Assembly: GCA_965637545.1 (NCBI GenBank)
Contig: OZ281495.1
Coordinates: 9,982,001-10,046,000, forward strand
DNA: 64,000 nucleotides
Direction of reading: 5' to 3'
Origin: Phallusia mammillata
Lineage: Eukaryota
The notes under the pieces were generated by a model. The model was not told the DNA's origin. It saw only the letters and a program-made list of their open reading frames with translations, and did not search any database. The number at the start of each line of letters is the position of its first letter. Positions within the stretch are counted from its first letter, which is position 1. Position numbers and translations under genes: made by a program. Positions 1-15,200 of this stretch are shown piece by piece.

Positions 1-292
1 TGGAAGCACCTTAGAAATCATTCTTACCGTCAAATAACCGCGAAACAAAATTAACTTGCATAAAGTGAGTCGAAAACAGTAGTACGAAACAAAATGCGCT
101 ATACTTGTTCTTTGGATAAATTTTCTTCGCTATTGCTCAATCACTAAAAAAACGCTCATGGCATGCTTTCAAGGCTGTTCGGTCCATGTAACCCATGTAG
201 CAACTCGTTTGAAAGCCAATGGCTCAAAACCAGCGCAAAGCATAAAAGGGGTTTACCCTTTGCTGTCCATTCACAAAAATCCTTTCATTGCT

Positions 293-3200
293 TTACGAGA
301 ACTCCCTGGGAGCATCGGGAACGCTGATGGCTTTCTGCGGCCTTTTGACGTTTTCTGTACGCTGATTGTTGTTTACGAGTCGTCCACTCTCTGGACCGGA
401 CGCATGCCTCGCTCTCTGCATGCCGTTGGTATTGTTCGGTGGCTGACTGCCAAAACTCGTGGGAGGGTGAGGTTTGACTGGGGATGATGGCGTTATCTAT
501 GCATAAAGCGGTACGTTACATATTGAGTTGTTTTGATAGCGCATTTTTTCGCAGACTGTTTTTTGTGCTTATTTTGTTTACCAAGCCAAAATACAGCTGG
601 ACTAACGCAATGCAGAGCAAACAAAAACAGCGACAAATACTTACATTGAACCTCTTAATTGACCTTTTGTGCAAACGGTGTCGCACATAACATAAAAAGG
701 GGCTCGAGTATAATGAATTCCTTTTTACAAGAAGTCTCATTTAAAGTATCACGAAAATTCATTATTGTTTAATTGAAGAAACCAAACTTACTTGTTTATT
801 TGAGTTTCCACTTATATGTCGAGCTCTCTCCTGCTGATTTGGATAAACCGGTTCGCGGTCATCAGCTCCTATAGGCGACGTGGGGTTAGACTTGCTGGGG
901 CTGTGCCCATCCGGAGTCCCGGCCCCTACTGACCCCGACAAGCGCTGCTGACCCTCGAGACTGCGCTGGGTCGGAAGACGCTTATTTTTTTGCGCCGACG
1001 GAAAAGTCGTATTGCCCTTGTTGATGTACGAGGGGCTGTAAGGGGGTTCCCCAAACGATGGTGGGGTTTCGTGTTGTGGAGTCCCGGGGTTCGACCTGGG
1101 TATGTTCAGCCTCAAGTTAAGACGGTTCGGGGTCATCAAATCCATAGGGGGACGAGAGAAGGCCGAATACCCATTGTTACCCATAGGGATTTCCCCGCGA
1201 GGACCCTGGCCACCGGCAGATATTTGAGGCGGGATGTTCAGCTTTAGTTTTTCCCTCATGTTGTTTTGGGGACCCGGGGGGCGCGTGGGCGCTTCATTCA
1301 TGGGTCCCATAAGCGCTTCTTGTTCATCTACTACCGCTAGGTAACCCCTCTGTTGGGGCAATTGTACGTGAGTTGGGATTGATCCAGCGGCTGATTCACT
1401 CACGTTGCGCTTTCGCTGAGGCTGGAAGTTTTTCTGTTGCGGAGCTGTGGAAAGAGACCTTTTGTTTAAGGTTTCATTTCGTACAAAGACGAACTTTTGA
1501 AAGTAAAAAGATTTCAATCTATATTTAACTAAAATTGTGAAGCGTGTTGTGAAAATATGTTTCTTGTCAAGTGTAAATAACAATCTACATGCTTACCCAT
1601 TGACGGTTCGTCGTTAAACACCTCCGTCGGCATCAGCTGATAATTTTGACCACCTTTCAGCAACTGACGCCTATCCAGACTGTGCGTCATGCGTTTATCG
1701 TATCTTCCACTCGCTTGTGGTACAGACGGCGCCGCTTGGGTCCAAGTGGGCACGACGCCGTGCGGTTGTGGGCCTTGCGGGCTCATAACCACCATCGGAT
1801 GAGTATATACCGACTGTTGATTGGTGGTGCGAACTTGCTGTAGCGAATGTTGACGTCCTATACTGCGCATGTTAGGCCTATTGTGGCCCATTGTAGTAGC
1901 CCTTGTGTTGTCCATGCTGTAGGTTCTGTTGAAAGCTTTCTGGCCCTGAAACGACATCGCACGGACCGGCGGGACGCGTTGCTGGTGACCGTTAGGTGGG
2001 AGCATTTGGTCACCATCTGTAGGTGTGGAGGACTGCAGGTCATCACCATCATGTCCCCTTGTCGTAAAGACTAAGCCCATGTCGTCGATGCTCCGTTTCT
2101 GTAAAACGTTTTGTAATGTTGTGTTTTTGTTGTTTTTAATTATTTCCAGGTAATGATTAGTGCAGTGGTTCCCAACCAGGGGGAATTTTGTAATTTGTAA
2201 GCGGGAATTTGTGTCACGATATTAATCTTTTACTGGTTGTCTGTGCTATTTGTTATTGCTGCATTTTCCATATGTGAGCTGAGAAAAAAAATGTTCTAAA
2301 TTTATGGGGGGAAATTAGATTTGAATATCGACTAAAAGGGTGCACAGGACAAAAAAGGTTGGGAACCACTGGATTAATGTAAAAAAACAAGTTATTTCCA
2401 TTTTAAAGTTTTTCGTTTTAACCAAACCCCTGAATTCACTTGTCATTAATCGAGTTAAAATATTGCTTTCCCAGAACAGTTAATATGTCACAAAAAGTCA
2501 GATATGTAGTAAATTGTGTATGTACCGATGGACTTAATTGCATGTCATCAGCATGTTCTGGTGCTGAACTTGTGGAAGGATGAGAGTTTCTCATTTTCCT
2601 TTTCCCGCCGTTGCTGCTTGTTGTGGACAAATGCTGAAAACAAAATTTTCTGTTATGCACAGGGTGCAGGTCCGAATGTTCAGTTTTACATAATTTGATC
2701 ATTCACTCTTCCTCGAACACTGGTACCATAAATAAACGCAGTCATACGGCTGATAAATTTACATGATAACGTCTGTGGTGTAGTATCACACGCTTATGTT
2801 GCCTTTATTTTTAACGCCTTTGATATATAAATACAATATATCTTTGTTAACCACTGACGATGGCCTTAAGTACTTGTCCAAACCGCTGACAAAACAAAGT
2901 CGTCTTTATCTACAGCCAGTGTCGGTAGCCAATGACAAGCTATGTTTTTCTCATGTCACATTAGCTTGAAAACTTGGGTTTGTCAACATTATTAGGTGCC
3001 AAAAAATCCTTACATGTTTTGACATCCCGTCTCTTCCGTTGGGGCTTTCGGGGCTCAGAAGTGGTTCTCCGTTTGTTGCGAAGACAGCGTCCTCCTCGCT
3101 TCTGTTTCCCATACTCGACTCGGTCAGGTTGCGTTTTCTTCTGCTCTCGTCGTGAACCGAATTACGATTTCCAATTTGCCTTTCAAAACAGAACAAAAAG

Positions 3201-6200
3201 CGTTAATTTTAAAATGTATAATCAAGTGAAATTTGATGTTGCTTCCTAAAATTTGAAAAATCACTTTATGTTGGATCTATTTGAATAAGGATAGATGATG
3301 CTATTTAGGCAAAGTGTGTATTCTTCTAACATAGAACTGACTGGACTTGTTTAAAGGTTTCACTGTCCATTGGTTTTATTATTTTCGAATTAATAAAGGC
3401 AAAAAGTCATGATTATTTCAAGGCCTGCTCTTGATGGTTTTTAATCCATTACCACAACTATTTTTAACCACTTTTGCGTTGTTACGTACCTGTTATTCGA
3501 GTTGCTACTGGAGCTTGCATTTCGGCCTTTTCGTGATTGGTTGGAATCTCTCCTACTGTCACGTGACTGGTTCTTTTTGGCTGAACCCTGTTGATAAAGT
3601 CAAAATTGCTTGTAATGAGACCAAATTTACAACGAAATAGTAGTTTTAACCATGCCAATACAGAAATCACCCTGTAATCATTTTTGAAACCTTTAATCAT
3701 AAAATTGCTGAAGTTTTTTTCTGTTTGTTTCCAGAATACTTAGAAACTTTAAAAATGCTAATTCTCACATTTTGCAGTTTTCCCTTTTTCACTTCTTTCG
3801 CCTTTTTCACCTTCTTCTCTTTCGGCGGGTATTTCCCGGATTTCTCTCTCTTGCAACGAAGGGCGATGAGAAACAAAGCGAAGAGAATCACTGCTAGAAG
3901 AAACCCGACAGCCAATCCAATGCCACCGGGAAGAGCCCAATTGTTTCCAGCTGCCACTAGGGTCGCATTGTTCTCTGTTACGTAAGTAGGTTCCGGTTTT
4001 GACACAAGAGTCTCGTTCTTTACAACCGTATTATTTGTTTCCTCTGCAGGCACTTCGGGTGCAACACCTGCTAAAAGTGCACGCTTCAGGTAATAAAGGT
4101 TCAGCGCAGACTTTGGTAAAACAGGGTGAAACGTACGTGGCTGACCGACGACCGGTTGAATGCAGATCCCTGGGTTATCTACGGGGTCAGGAGTCCTTCC
4201 TGCGTTGGCAGTGGTGAGAGATACGCATTGACCATCACGCCAAACACAGTGCGGATCACCAGCATCGAGGCAAGTCCTGAAACAATGTATGGACACGATT
4301 TGTAGGCTCTGTACATGATTATCTATATTTATCAAGTGTACGTTTTTGAATAGTTTAATTACACTTTCCTTCTCCAAAAAGAAATAAACGCAGCGTTACA
4401 CAAAAACATGTAAAAAAGCTAAACTGAATAATAATTTGTACAAAACCACTCGTAGTTTATTGGTGTGTAGTAAGTTACTTAAGATACGTTAGTTATTTAT
4501 GTTTATCTTGAATACTTATTTGAGCAATTTGAAACGACACGTTTTTTGACCAAAAAGGAATAAGTCAGCGTAACAAGGCTTAAAAGGCGAAACGAAAGCA
4601 TAAATTGCACAAAAACCTTTGTTGGTGTACATCACTAAACAACTGCCTACAAATACAATGTGACAGCGTCATTAAGTCAGCGGTACAGTTAAGATATCTT
4701 GTGTCTGAGTATGGGTCCATTCCACTGTGTCTGTTCTAGCGGTTCACTTACTTGCGACAAGTGGTTGTTAATGGACAGAACGGAGCGAACACGATGCAGC
4801 TTTTGAACTGAACAAAGACCTTGCCGCTATCCTTGTCTACTTGTAGTTTTTGAACGGATCTAAAAGAACAAAATGTTTTAAACAGAAATATTAAACGTCG
4901 GCAATAAAAGATTATTAGCCACAGCAGCGGTTCTCAAACTAGGTCCGCGGTATCTTAGGATCAAATAAAGCAATGTACGTGATGTCAGATTGTGCTATTG
5001 AATAAGTGTAAATCAACGCAGAATTTGGGATGAACTGCCTTCATTGCTGTCTTTCATTCCATCAAAATTAATAAAATGCAAAAAAAACATAACAAAAAAA
5101 TTCTTCGGGTCCAATCCTGATGTTATTTGTCTTTTCCGGAATGAAATAATATGAAAAGTTTGAAAAACACTACAAAATATGATTCCGTTTTGGCGTTGTT
5201 GTTTAAAACAAGGTAAACCTCGCCAGTCATATATGCTGATCCGAATATTGACTAAGTTCAACTTGAATTAACTTCAACTTCAAAAAAGGTGAAACCAAGT
5301 ACAGTGCTTTCGTTTCATTACACAATTGACCATTTTCCTGTTTCGAAGTCCCACCTGTCGGTATCGCCACACTTTTGCTCGTTAAACACCGTCCGCTCCT
5401 CCAGTAACTCAAATTTCCCGCTTCTCGAATCTCCGACTATCTTTAACAACTTTCCTTCTTGGGTACCAGCGTAAATTACAGTCTTGGATTTGTCGATAAC
5501 AAACGAATCAACATCGATCGTTGTGAGGAAGGACCTTTGTGTCAAACAGTCAAAATGAGCATTAGAAAAAACACAAAAATCGTGGTTTAGTTTAAAGTCC
5601 AATGTATAGGTTACAAAATCTCATTCAAACAACCTTTAGCTTACCCGGCGTTTGCTCGTGTAAAGACAGGAGCAGAGTTGTGCCTTCCAACATCCACCGT
5701 TTGGCGTTTCATGTCCCATGCATTTACGCTTTTCGCCATGAGAGGGTGTTTGCGAACGAAATCCAGACGAGAGTCGCTTGCCTCTGCCCGACTACCAGAA
5801 CCGCAACTAAATAACAAAACAAATTGTTGTTAGAAAGCTTTGAATTGCATTTTCTGATTCTCTTAGCTAAGTTTATACATGGCGCAAACATTTTTCATTT
5901 CACACAACAGTTTATCCAAGAAACCTTGAAATGTTTGCTCCTCAGACTTTAACCGGGCCTATTGAACTTAATTTTTCTCATTTATTCCACTACTTTTTGT
6001 ATCGTTAGTTTTATAGTCAAATGTGCCAATTCGTCAACACAGAGCGCGCTTAATCTTGGAGGGACAGACCCCGTAAATCCCCCCACAGTTACTTTGATAA
6101 AAAAAACACCACAAATTCACTCACCTAGCGGGATGAGGGAATGGATAATCGGGTTGCACGTGCCAGTATTGTCGAGAATCATCGACAAATTTTTCCAAAA

Positions 6201-9200
6201 ACGGACCGCTAAAGGAATCTTCAATGTCGTCAACCACAAAAACACACACAGCAGAGGCCGGGACACTATTCCTGAAAAACGCAAGAATCTGAATTAAACT
6301 TTCTATGTCAAACGTTGTAGATTACATAGCTTTTTCGATGCCAAAATTTTAAGTTTGCAAAAGTTCTTTTCCAAAAAGTCAACGAACAGAAATATCACAC
6401 CATTTTTGTCAAAGAGTGTTAATCATTTATGTCAACTGAAAAGTGTTCAAACAGAACAATACGTTTATCGTGTGGGTAAGAACTTTGCCATATTGGCGAA
6501 ACAGAGTTGCAAGCGGGCCCGAAATCTGAGCCCGAACCCGGCCCGAACCCGAAAGTATGAGCCCGATGCCCGGCCCGAACCCGAAACGTTTTTGCGAAGC
6601 CCGTTTAGGCCCGAAATTTTGATTGACAGGATGAGAAAGAAAAAAGAGATAGACAACAAACACAATGATCAATAGTAGACCATGGGGTAAACAATACGTT
6701 TTAGAGTAGAGTGGGCATTAGGTCAAAGCCAGAGTTTCTTAGCTGAGTGATTTTATTTTGTTTTTTTAAATGGCGGACACGGAACGTAAAGTCAGGCCCG
6801 TTTTAAGCCCGTTTTCTCACAAATACCTAAGCCCGAACCCGGCCCGAACCCGGCCCGAAAAGCCCGGCCCGACCTGCAACTCTGTGGCGAAAATCATTGA
6901 CTGTTTCTTGAAAACGATTTTCCAATTTCGGCTATTTTCGTCAAAAACTAATAACTTAAGTGCTAAGCTCTACAGTCGGAATACTTACTTTGGGGTGTTC
7001 ATCACAGCGAACACAACCCGAACCCGACTCCGGCCGTCCATCATCGACACTGTGACGACATCAGTGACGTCACTCATCTCGTTAAAGTAAAACGGTGGAT
7101 GACCGGGTATGGAACAGTTGAGAGTGGCTTTAAAGAAAGTTGTGAAGTGATTTCGTAGCACTTTTACTCCACCTTGGTCGCTCTTGCAAGCTTGAGATAC
7201 TCGGGAATAGACTTGCTGTAAACGAAAAAGAATGATTTGCTTGCTAAATAGAGTTTGGATTTAGTGAATCAAGTATACTTTGTTTCATGTTTTTGAATAT
7301 GTTAAAGTAGGGGTGCCAAATCTTGTATTGCTTACAGGCGCTTAAAAGAGATGTTTGTAGTAACTTTGTGTCACCTACTAGCCTAAAAGTCCCCATTACA
7401 CGATGTAGACAGGAAAATAAAAGCTACCCGTTTATTTGACGACTGTGCTTAATCTAACAATAATAAATTCGCGAAAATACTTCCACTAAACTACAGTTTA
7501 AATCTAAATTAATTGCAATAAGAATAAATTACAACGTAAAATTTTAAGCACCATTTTGATAACCACTACTAAGAAAAACAATGTGGAAAAATTTAATAAG
7601 TTTCCAAAACGAAGTAAAGCAAGGTCGAGGAATTGGGTTCTGTAACCTATGTCTGTCAAAGCAGAGTTATTTTCAAACAAAAATGTACAAAAAAGAAAAA
7701 AAAGTCTGAAAATCATTTGAAACTTAAATACCAACACCTCCAATGACGTCCTGCGTTGATGTATTAAACATTACAGGGAAGTAAGGAATCCCAGTTAATG
7801 TCAAGTGACGATGGTGTCACGATCATGAAGTATAATATGAGATTATGACGTCTGCTACTTACGTAAGATTGGTCTTCTATCCCGTTTTCGGTGAAAAATG
7901 TGAACATCTTAGTAGGTTGGTTTGCGAACCGGATAAAGCGGGGATCTGAGAAAATAAACCAAAACTAAATACAGAACAGTTTGGATCACGATTTTGATGT
8001 ATAAGAAAATATCGTTTATATATTAAAACAGTTTTAGTGCAAGTCGATTTAATGGAACTGTTGGGTTTAGTTTTCTCTTGGTGTGTTGTTTGATTCCATC
8101 ATAGAGTTTTAAATGTCATCTTTCACTTTTTGTGTTAGGGCAATATCTAGCCATATTCGGGTAAACATTTATTTACCTAACAAGCAAAATATCTCCGAAA
8201 AAAAGATCTTATGTGGTTAGGGAGGAATAAGAGCTACACTTCCTTTTTCGTGTAGCTTTTTAACACACAGTTTAATAAACATTGACTTTGAAAAGTTTGT
8301 CTTTCTGAATAGAAATTGACATTTTCTCTTCAAAATTAGCCAAAACTTTGAAATAAAATTACATTAACTCCAAGGTCGCCCGGCCACCCAGTGTCAAAGG
8401 GCTGTTATTTAGGTCTAGCAATGCCAAAATCCTCTTAATTTAAGAAGCACCTTATGCAGATGTTGGGGATTAGCCAGGTAAAAAGATCCTAATCAAAATC
8501 ACATGCCCAGACAGGCGGAAAATATGAAAACAACGAACTTGCAGCTGTGGTTTGACCTTGGCACAAGTTAGTTAACTTGTCAAATTGACAGCAGTACACC
8601 AAAAGGACCATCTTTGGTTACTTAGAAACAGTGAGTGAGGTTTTAGGTGTACCTTACAGATTTTTTTCAACTTGTTAGGTTGACGACAATGAATAATAAT
8701 TTTGTGTAAATTTATGGTTTAAAACATTGCGCGAAGATTTGTATGCAAATTGAACACATAAACTCCAAATGAAACTTGAATTTTGAGAAATGTTTTGCCA
8801 TATGTTTTAACTGTACCTGAATGAGGGCAACTTTACAACCTTTTTTTCGCAGTTTTGGTATCCACAACAGACAATGAGCATAACATGGGCCTGTGTAACC
8901 AATAAATTACAAACCAATACTAGTTATAACATTGACTTTGGGTTTAATTTGCCACCAAGTCGGCCAATTTCCTTGCAACAAACTTAAGATTTAGAACGAC
9001 CGGTAACAGACAAATGAAAAACGGGTCAGCTCATCTTCAGCCAAGTCCCAATTTATAACTAAAACTTGGAACAACTTAAAAGGAGACATGGGAGGCAAAA
9101 TTACTGCAGAGTTTACGCTCTTTGAACACGATCATTCGTCTATCCCTTGCAGACGAGTCTGGCTTCCTCGTTATGGATTTACACGTTAAACAGGGAAAGG

Positions 9201-12200
9201 TCTATGTTGGTTTAGCCGTAGCAGTGTCAAGCGAGCAATTCCGCGAGCATAAGCCAAAACAACATAGGTCAGGCTCTTTTTAGGAAAACCCGATTTTTCG
9301 TGCTTGTTCTGAAAGGTTTGTTGTGCCTGTAAAGGCGGCGTTTTAAAGAATTATTCTCCTGGAAAACTATTCTATTTCTCCTTTAAACCATGGGATGAAG
9401 TGTTTTTAAGCCAGCGTGTAATTTAAACAAGCAAACGTTTACCAACAATTGAACCTTGACAATGTTTTTGCTAAAGGGGGCTGACAGTGTTTTTGCTGAA
9501 AAAGAGTTGTGTGGTATATTCTTCTAGTGCGGTAAACGGCGGCACTTTGCAGTGTTTGATTTAACAATCTCCGTCACCCATATCAAAGTTTAACAACACC
9601 GCGCCTTTTGTACTTTTCAAATCCATTACTTACTAGCCCCTCGCTACCTTCACCTTAAAATCCGGGAGCTTGGATTCGTCAAGCGCAGCCTATTGTGTTT
9701 TCCGATGTCTTGCCGCCACACTGGCGCGTTCAACATCCCGAATAGTGAGTACCTTGGCTTTCCAAGCCCCATCGTTGCACCAAACCGCCCATTATCGGCG
9801 ACGGGCGTGTGGCAAGCAATAAATTTACCAGTAAATATCCGCAAAACCCCAGCCTCCGACCTGAGGCATATATTTGCGGTAAGCCCAGTTCAGTGAAGCT
9901 CACCATTTAGCTTCTAAAGCTTCTTTGTTTGTCTACCGGGTGCGGGTACTGATGCATACAGTACCTGGCTTTGGATTTAAACCTATCGCACTTCCCCTTT
10001 AGGAGCAGCAAAGCTGGGGTCATGCTACCTCCTCTGTAGGTAGCGGTGCTATTTTTGCACCTGTCGATAATTGGCGGTTTGTTTCCTAATTTACTTGTTG
10101 CTCGGTCGACTACCTTCACGGTCAAAGCCTTGCAAAGCACTGTAGCTAATTGCTTTACTTAACAAGACTGGTTAACTTGTATGTTAACAGTTTGTGTTGA
10201 AATTAGTATTGACAAGTTTAATGTGAGTATCAGTGTGATAAAAAAGCCCAAGACAAAACCGCATAACAAATTGTCACATATACGGAATCAGATTCTCGGC
10301 TGGAAAGATTGCTTTCCCATATATACATATATATAACCAATTTATATATTGTCCATTATCGCATTTTATGCTATAGCCAGTCATCGTTTGATACTGCAAT
10401 GCATGCAGCATATTTGCATAACGTGGAAGCCAACATTACTGCACTATTTCAGAATCACTTATCGTTCTGCGTGGGCGTTTAGATCATTTTATTCGTTCCG
10501 CAGTTTTCAATTTCATGCCACAAATTGTGATTCACTGCCCATTATCGGCTAAAGAAGAACTTACTGTTTAGCCACATGTTGTCGCTCTTCCCTGTTCGGA
10601 GGTTGGTGTCGTTTCCACCAGCAAAGGGGGCACGGTGGATCATTGAGTCGTGGCCACTGAAGCCAGTAGATGTGCCAGTATACACGTTGCTGTCTAAAGT
10701 GCAAAGTTAAAATTATAACAGATTTATTGGCCCAGTTATCATATAGTGCTGCCACAAATAGATTTGCCAATACAAATGCAATAACAAACACGTTTTGCAA
10801 TTTCAGTGCTTTACAATCAAAATTTTAGGAGTTAGTCAATACGTGGGATATTCAACAAAAAAGGGCAAAAAATATTGACATAATATCTTGTGGTGATGAT
10901 TTATTTGTCACTAAACAAGTGTTTATGGCTGTTTAAAGTGCACGTTTAGCAATTGTGTAGGTTAACACAGATTGTTGTTTTTAGCTCACAAACCAATAAC
11001 AAAGTAGTTCATACCCACGAATCAATTGGCAAAACAGAATCTATCTAACTCATTCAAGTCCTATGGTTTACACTTGACACTTTACTGTGGAAGTACTAAC
11101 ACTGAACATTGTTTAGTATTTGTTAAAAAGTTCAAGTTGGTATGCCGAACTATTGAACACTATATGAGCCAGTACGGCTAACTTGCGAAAAAATAACGGT
11201 GCACTTGCATTTATTTAGACCCGATCAAACTAAATACATAAGAGAACGACCGCAATTGTTTCGTAATTGCTGCATAACCCAGAGTACAGGTCGGTATTAT
11301 TGCGAACATAAGAGGTTATTTTGCACAAAACGGCTTTGTGTTAAGGTTCCAGCTAAGTACGGTCAAAATCCAAGCGCCTGAGGGCCACAAATTATTCACA
11401 ATTATCAATTCAACCTTAACGTTGGCCATCAGGCTGTTAACGTGAAAAATCGGTAATTATGAATTTCACTTATAAGCCAGGAAGTTTAAGCTGTATTATA
11501 AGCACCTTGCGGCCAAGTGATGTGCCCACAAACCCTCAACACCCTTGTAATAGCTGTAGCGTTTAAACTAGGTACTTTTGAAAAACACTTAAGGAGAATA
11601 GCTCTTTACTTTGAATCGCGACACCAGACGACAAATGCCCAATTTTAGCCCGGTTTCTATAAGGGTTTGAAGATGATTTCCAAATTAGCCTCGTAAAGCT
11701 TTTGGATACGGCCTAATGTGTTTGTGAATAAAATACATGCAGGATTGTTTAAATTTAAACAAATGTATGTAAATAGATGTAAACGAACTTTTTGAACATT
11801 TTAACATAAATTTTAAAGCATTAAAATGTAAAAAATTCTAAAACCCATTGCTGCGCCCTTTTTGCTGTTGGTTTGTTATGCATGCTTTGTCTATAGTTGG
11901 AATTAAGAATTAGTGTCTATCAATCAAAAGTGTTTGTGCATCATTGAAATGTACCTGCGGCGATGTAAGCGACGCTGTAGTCTGGATCATACGGACAGAA
12001 TAATTTGCCATCAAAGTCAGCTTTGATAGGGCTGGCCACCCAAGTCCCATTATCCATTCGCTGCAAAATACAACAGAATATAGTTTAAAACAAAAACAGT
12101 TTTAGTTGTTTGTTTCACTTACGTGACTTTTATAGACAAAATAGCTTTAACTGAAAAAATGTGCCCTAATTTAAAAGCCGTTTAGGTCTAAATGCTAATC

Positions 12201-15200
12201 CGTGTGGTTAGGGGCTTGAATGCGTGTGACCTTATTATCCATGTAAAGTACGCATTTAACCAACAATACAGCCCCAGTAAAATTGGTAATTCTCTAAATG
12301 ATTTCTGCTGCTTTTCGAAAAATAAAAACAAGGTCACGGATTATAAAACATTGACAAGTCACCGAAGAGCCAACGTACTTAAAAAGATCAGGTTTAGACA
12401 GTTGAAAATGATAAATATATAGTCGAAACTTGATGATTTACTCAAAAATATTGATATTTCTGTTCCTTGTGGCTTAACAAATTCCCAAACCAAGCGTCCA
12501 GCAACTTACTTCTAAGTGTTTGCATTGAGCATAGAAAGAGTTTGATCCACATGTTATCGCTTTTCTGCTGTGTGGAATCTTCGGATTTGGTCGCACAAAT
12601 ATCTTCACGTAATTGTGACATTTTTCCGTCGATTTTCCCTTTTTGCCACACAGCTCTATGGTGACGTTGTCAGATGGCCAACGAAAAACCTAAGTGCATG
12701 AATACTCAAAATCAATATGTGGACAGCTATAACAAGAAGGATATGCACATGTTAATGTAGCAAATTCTTTTGTAACACAAACAAGCGGCCTGGAAAATGT
12801 TGTTTTGTGATTTATTTATCTAATTTGCAAGATTGAAATGCTAAGTAACATGACAAAGAGTTTAGTCGCTTTATTCGAAATTTGTCTTTCAAGATACGCC
12901 CTTACCCTGGTGAAGGGGTCTCGTATGGGACTCAAAACGTCGAATATTTATAATAAAAACTGCTGGAAGGGCATTACTCGTTTATAAAGAGTTTGAGAGT
13001 ATGACCCTTTCAATTTAAAACCGTTTGTAAAGCTTCGTTATAAATTTTCTGCGTTGTTTGTAATGTTTCAAAAGTTCTGCAACAGTGCAGGAACAGGAAC
13101 AGATTTTTGCAAAGCATGCAACAGACTGTTGAACACATAAAACCGCAGATCCTTCATAATTCAAACTCCATTCGGTGTAAACCGATTGAATTCGGCCGAA
13201 CTACAACGAAGCCGATGATTTTCAGCAAAAGGTCCCACTTTAAATCTAATTGCCAGATACGGATGACCGACAAAGTAGCAATTAGAGGTAAACGCGCTCA
13301 GCACTCTCTGTCGCTTTACCATAGCGATCACGTTCGAATTTAATTGATCCGCTAGTTCAACCACCAGGAATAAAGAAAAACAGCGACCACATAGGTGAGG
13401 CACCTGTTTTGCGGAGTTAAAGTTTAAAAACAAAGTTTATACCAGGTGAAGATTATCTAAACATGCCCTCGCGTTATAAACACTGTTTATAAAAACTGTT
13501 GACTTCGTCAAGATCAATCTGTTTAAGGTTCTTAGCCACAACGCAGATGGCAGATGTAAAGGCTTTACTGACCTGTTTATAGGGGATTTCTCCAGTTGCG
13601 TTCGGAGGAAACATCAACAGGTCAACAAAGAAAATATTGTCCCTGTAAAAGCAAAAAATATTAATAATACAACATTGGTAAACTTTAATTTTACGGTATA
13701 GTGCCCAATGTTCTATTATGTGATGTCCAGCTTAATGTGCCTGAACGTTGGGTTTGTTCTTGATCTTTCTGCACATGCGGAATTTAAAAATCAGTAAGAT
13801 AATTTATTTACAAAAAAACACTAATAAGAGCGGCAGTTACCATACATTTGTTGAAATTAAAGCCATGCGTGCAAAAATGCATATCGTCTGCAAAAACTAA
13901 CCCATCTCGCGGGCGACACACGACACGCGTCACGTTACATGCGACAAGCGTCAGACAAATGCAATAAAATGCAGTTGTTCGACCTGAATTGTTGGACAAA
14001 ATACAGAAGTAATCCACCAAAAACCTTCGCTAAGCCGCAACGCCACGAGACGTAAACAAACCAAATTGGGTCAAGCTCAACGAATCACGTGTTAAAGCGT
14101 GCCGTGTGCAAAACCCGGCAACAAAGAAGCTGTTTTGTGCTAAAAAATTTGTGTCAAACAGCACTTCTGCTGACCTATACTGCAAAGACTTTTGGGTACA
14201 GGAAAACAAATTTGGTTCATTTGTTTTCAACAATACGTTCCAATAAAACAGAAAACAAATAATTTATATCGGTTGCACATAAGTCGTTGTCAAATTGAAG
14301 GCCTAAAAACCAACCTAATGGTTTCCAAAAAGTAAAGTTTAAAATGATTACCAAAATTTATTTCCAGACAGAAGTAATGCGTCTGGCACCAAAGTCAACC
14401 GAACATTGATCTGTCAACAGTTCAACAAGGGTCATTCGGGAATGACATTTAGTTACCCCAGAGGAAACGAAAGTTGTAAAAGGAAACCTTTTTGGGCCCA
14501 AAACGTCCGGACGCCGTCTGCCTGCTGCAAGTGAAGCGTCCAACCACTCCTTTGTTGTTCACAAACAGGTTTTGTGACGTTGTAGAGACGTAACAAACCC
14601 TCGAATGACTGACGATTGACACGTTGGGATAACCCGTTATAACACTGTTCTTGCCACGTTTCTCAATGCTTGCGTGTTTTTGTTTTGTTTTTTAGCTAAG
14701 CATTGTGCTGACAGGCACCCTGATGCTACGGATTAGTAGATTAGGTAGCCGGTGACAGCTGGACAAATATTGAGAGATCTGTTCATTACAGGTAAAAAAA
14801 CCAATGCAATTACATAATGTAACTGAACATCATAAATGAAACCATCAATTTTAGTTCCTATTTCACTGCCCTTTAGACAGGGTAGTACTACGCAATCTCT
14901 AATAAAACTTAAGGAAATGCTGACGTTTGGTGCTTTTAGGGTCAGGGCAAGAATTTGTTTTAACAATAACATTATTTTTAATCTTAGATACCCTTTTTGG
15001 CAACTAGAAAGGCCATTTCACATGTAAAACAGTCATGTCTATAAATTACACAACCGATGTCAAGGAGCCGCGAACCGCATTTAGGTCGTATCGGGCCATT
15101 TCACATCGAACACACCCAGCAGCGGTTTTGCCACACAGAAAATTTATAAATACCACACAGTCGCGTTACGGTAAATCAAATTTCAAAGAAACAAGCTTGC

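Noticed and set aside
158-2074. Plus-strand ORFs at 158-487, 990-1247, 1646-1843 and 1847-2074
   Set aside because: Antisense shadows of GC-richer semaphorin coding exons.
2851-2890. CTGACGA-TGGCC...GTCC-AAACC, a possible further hammerhead
   Set aside because: G12 is missing, stem II is weak and there is no convincing NUH or stem I; too degenerate to call.
4924-4960. CAGCGGTTCTCAAACT, a hAT-type TIR
   Set aside because: No partner TIR or TSD was found; at most a fragment.
9650-10140. GC-richer ORFs in semaphorin intron 6 that loosely resembled a Sema exon
   Set aside because: Splice phases do not fit, and the real exon (10565-10693) joins 7945 directly. No domain was recognised.
12442-12651. 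ORF containing KSDNMWIK, nearly identical to KSDNMWLN of semaphorin exon 10565-10693, suggesting a duplicated exon
   Set aside because: The same DNA is the genuine semaphorin exon 12510-12689 read in another frame (ITCGSNSF); the peptide match is an out-of-frame coincidence.
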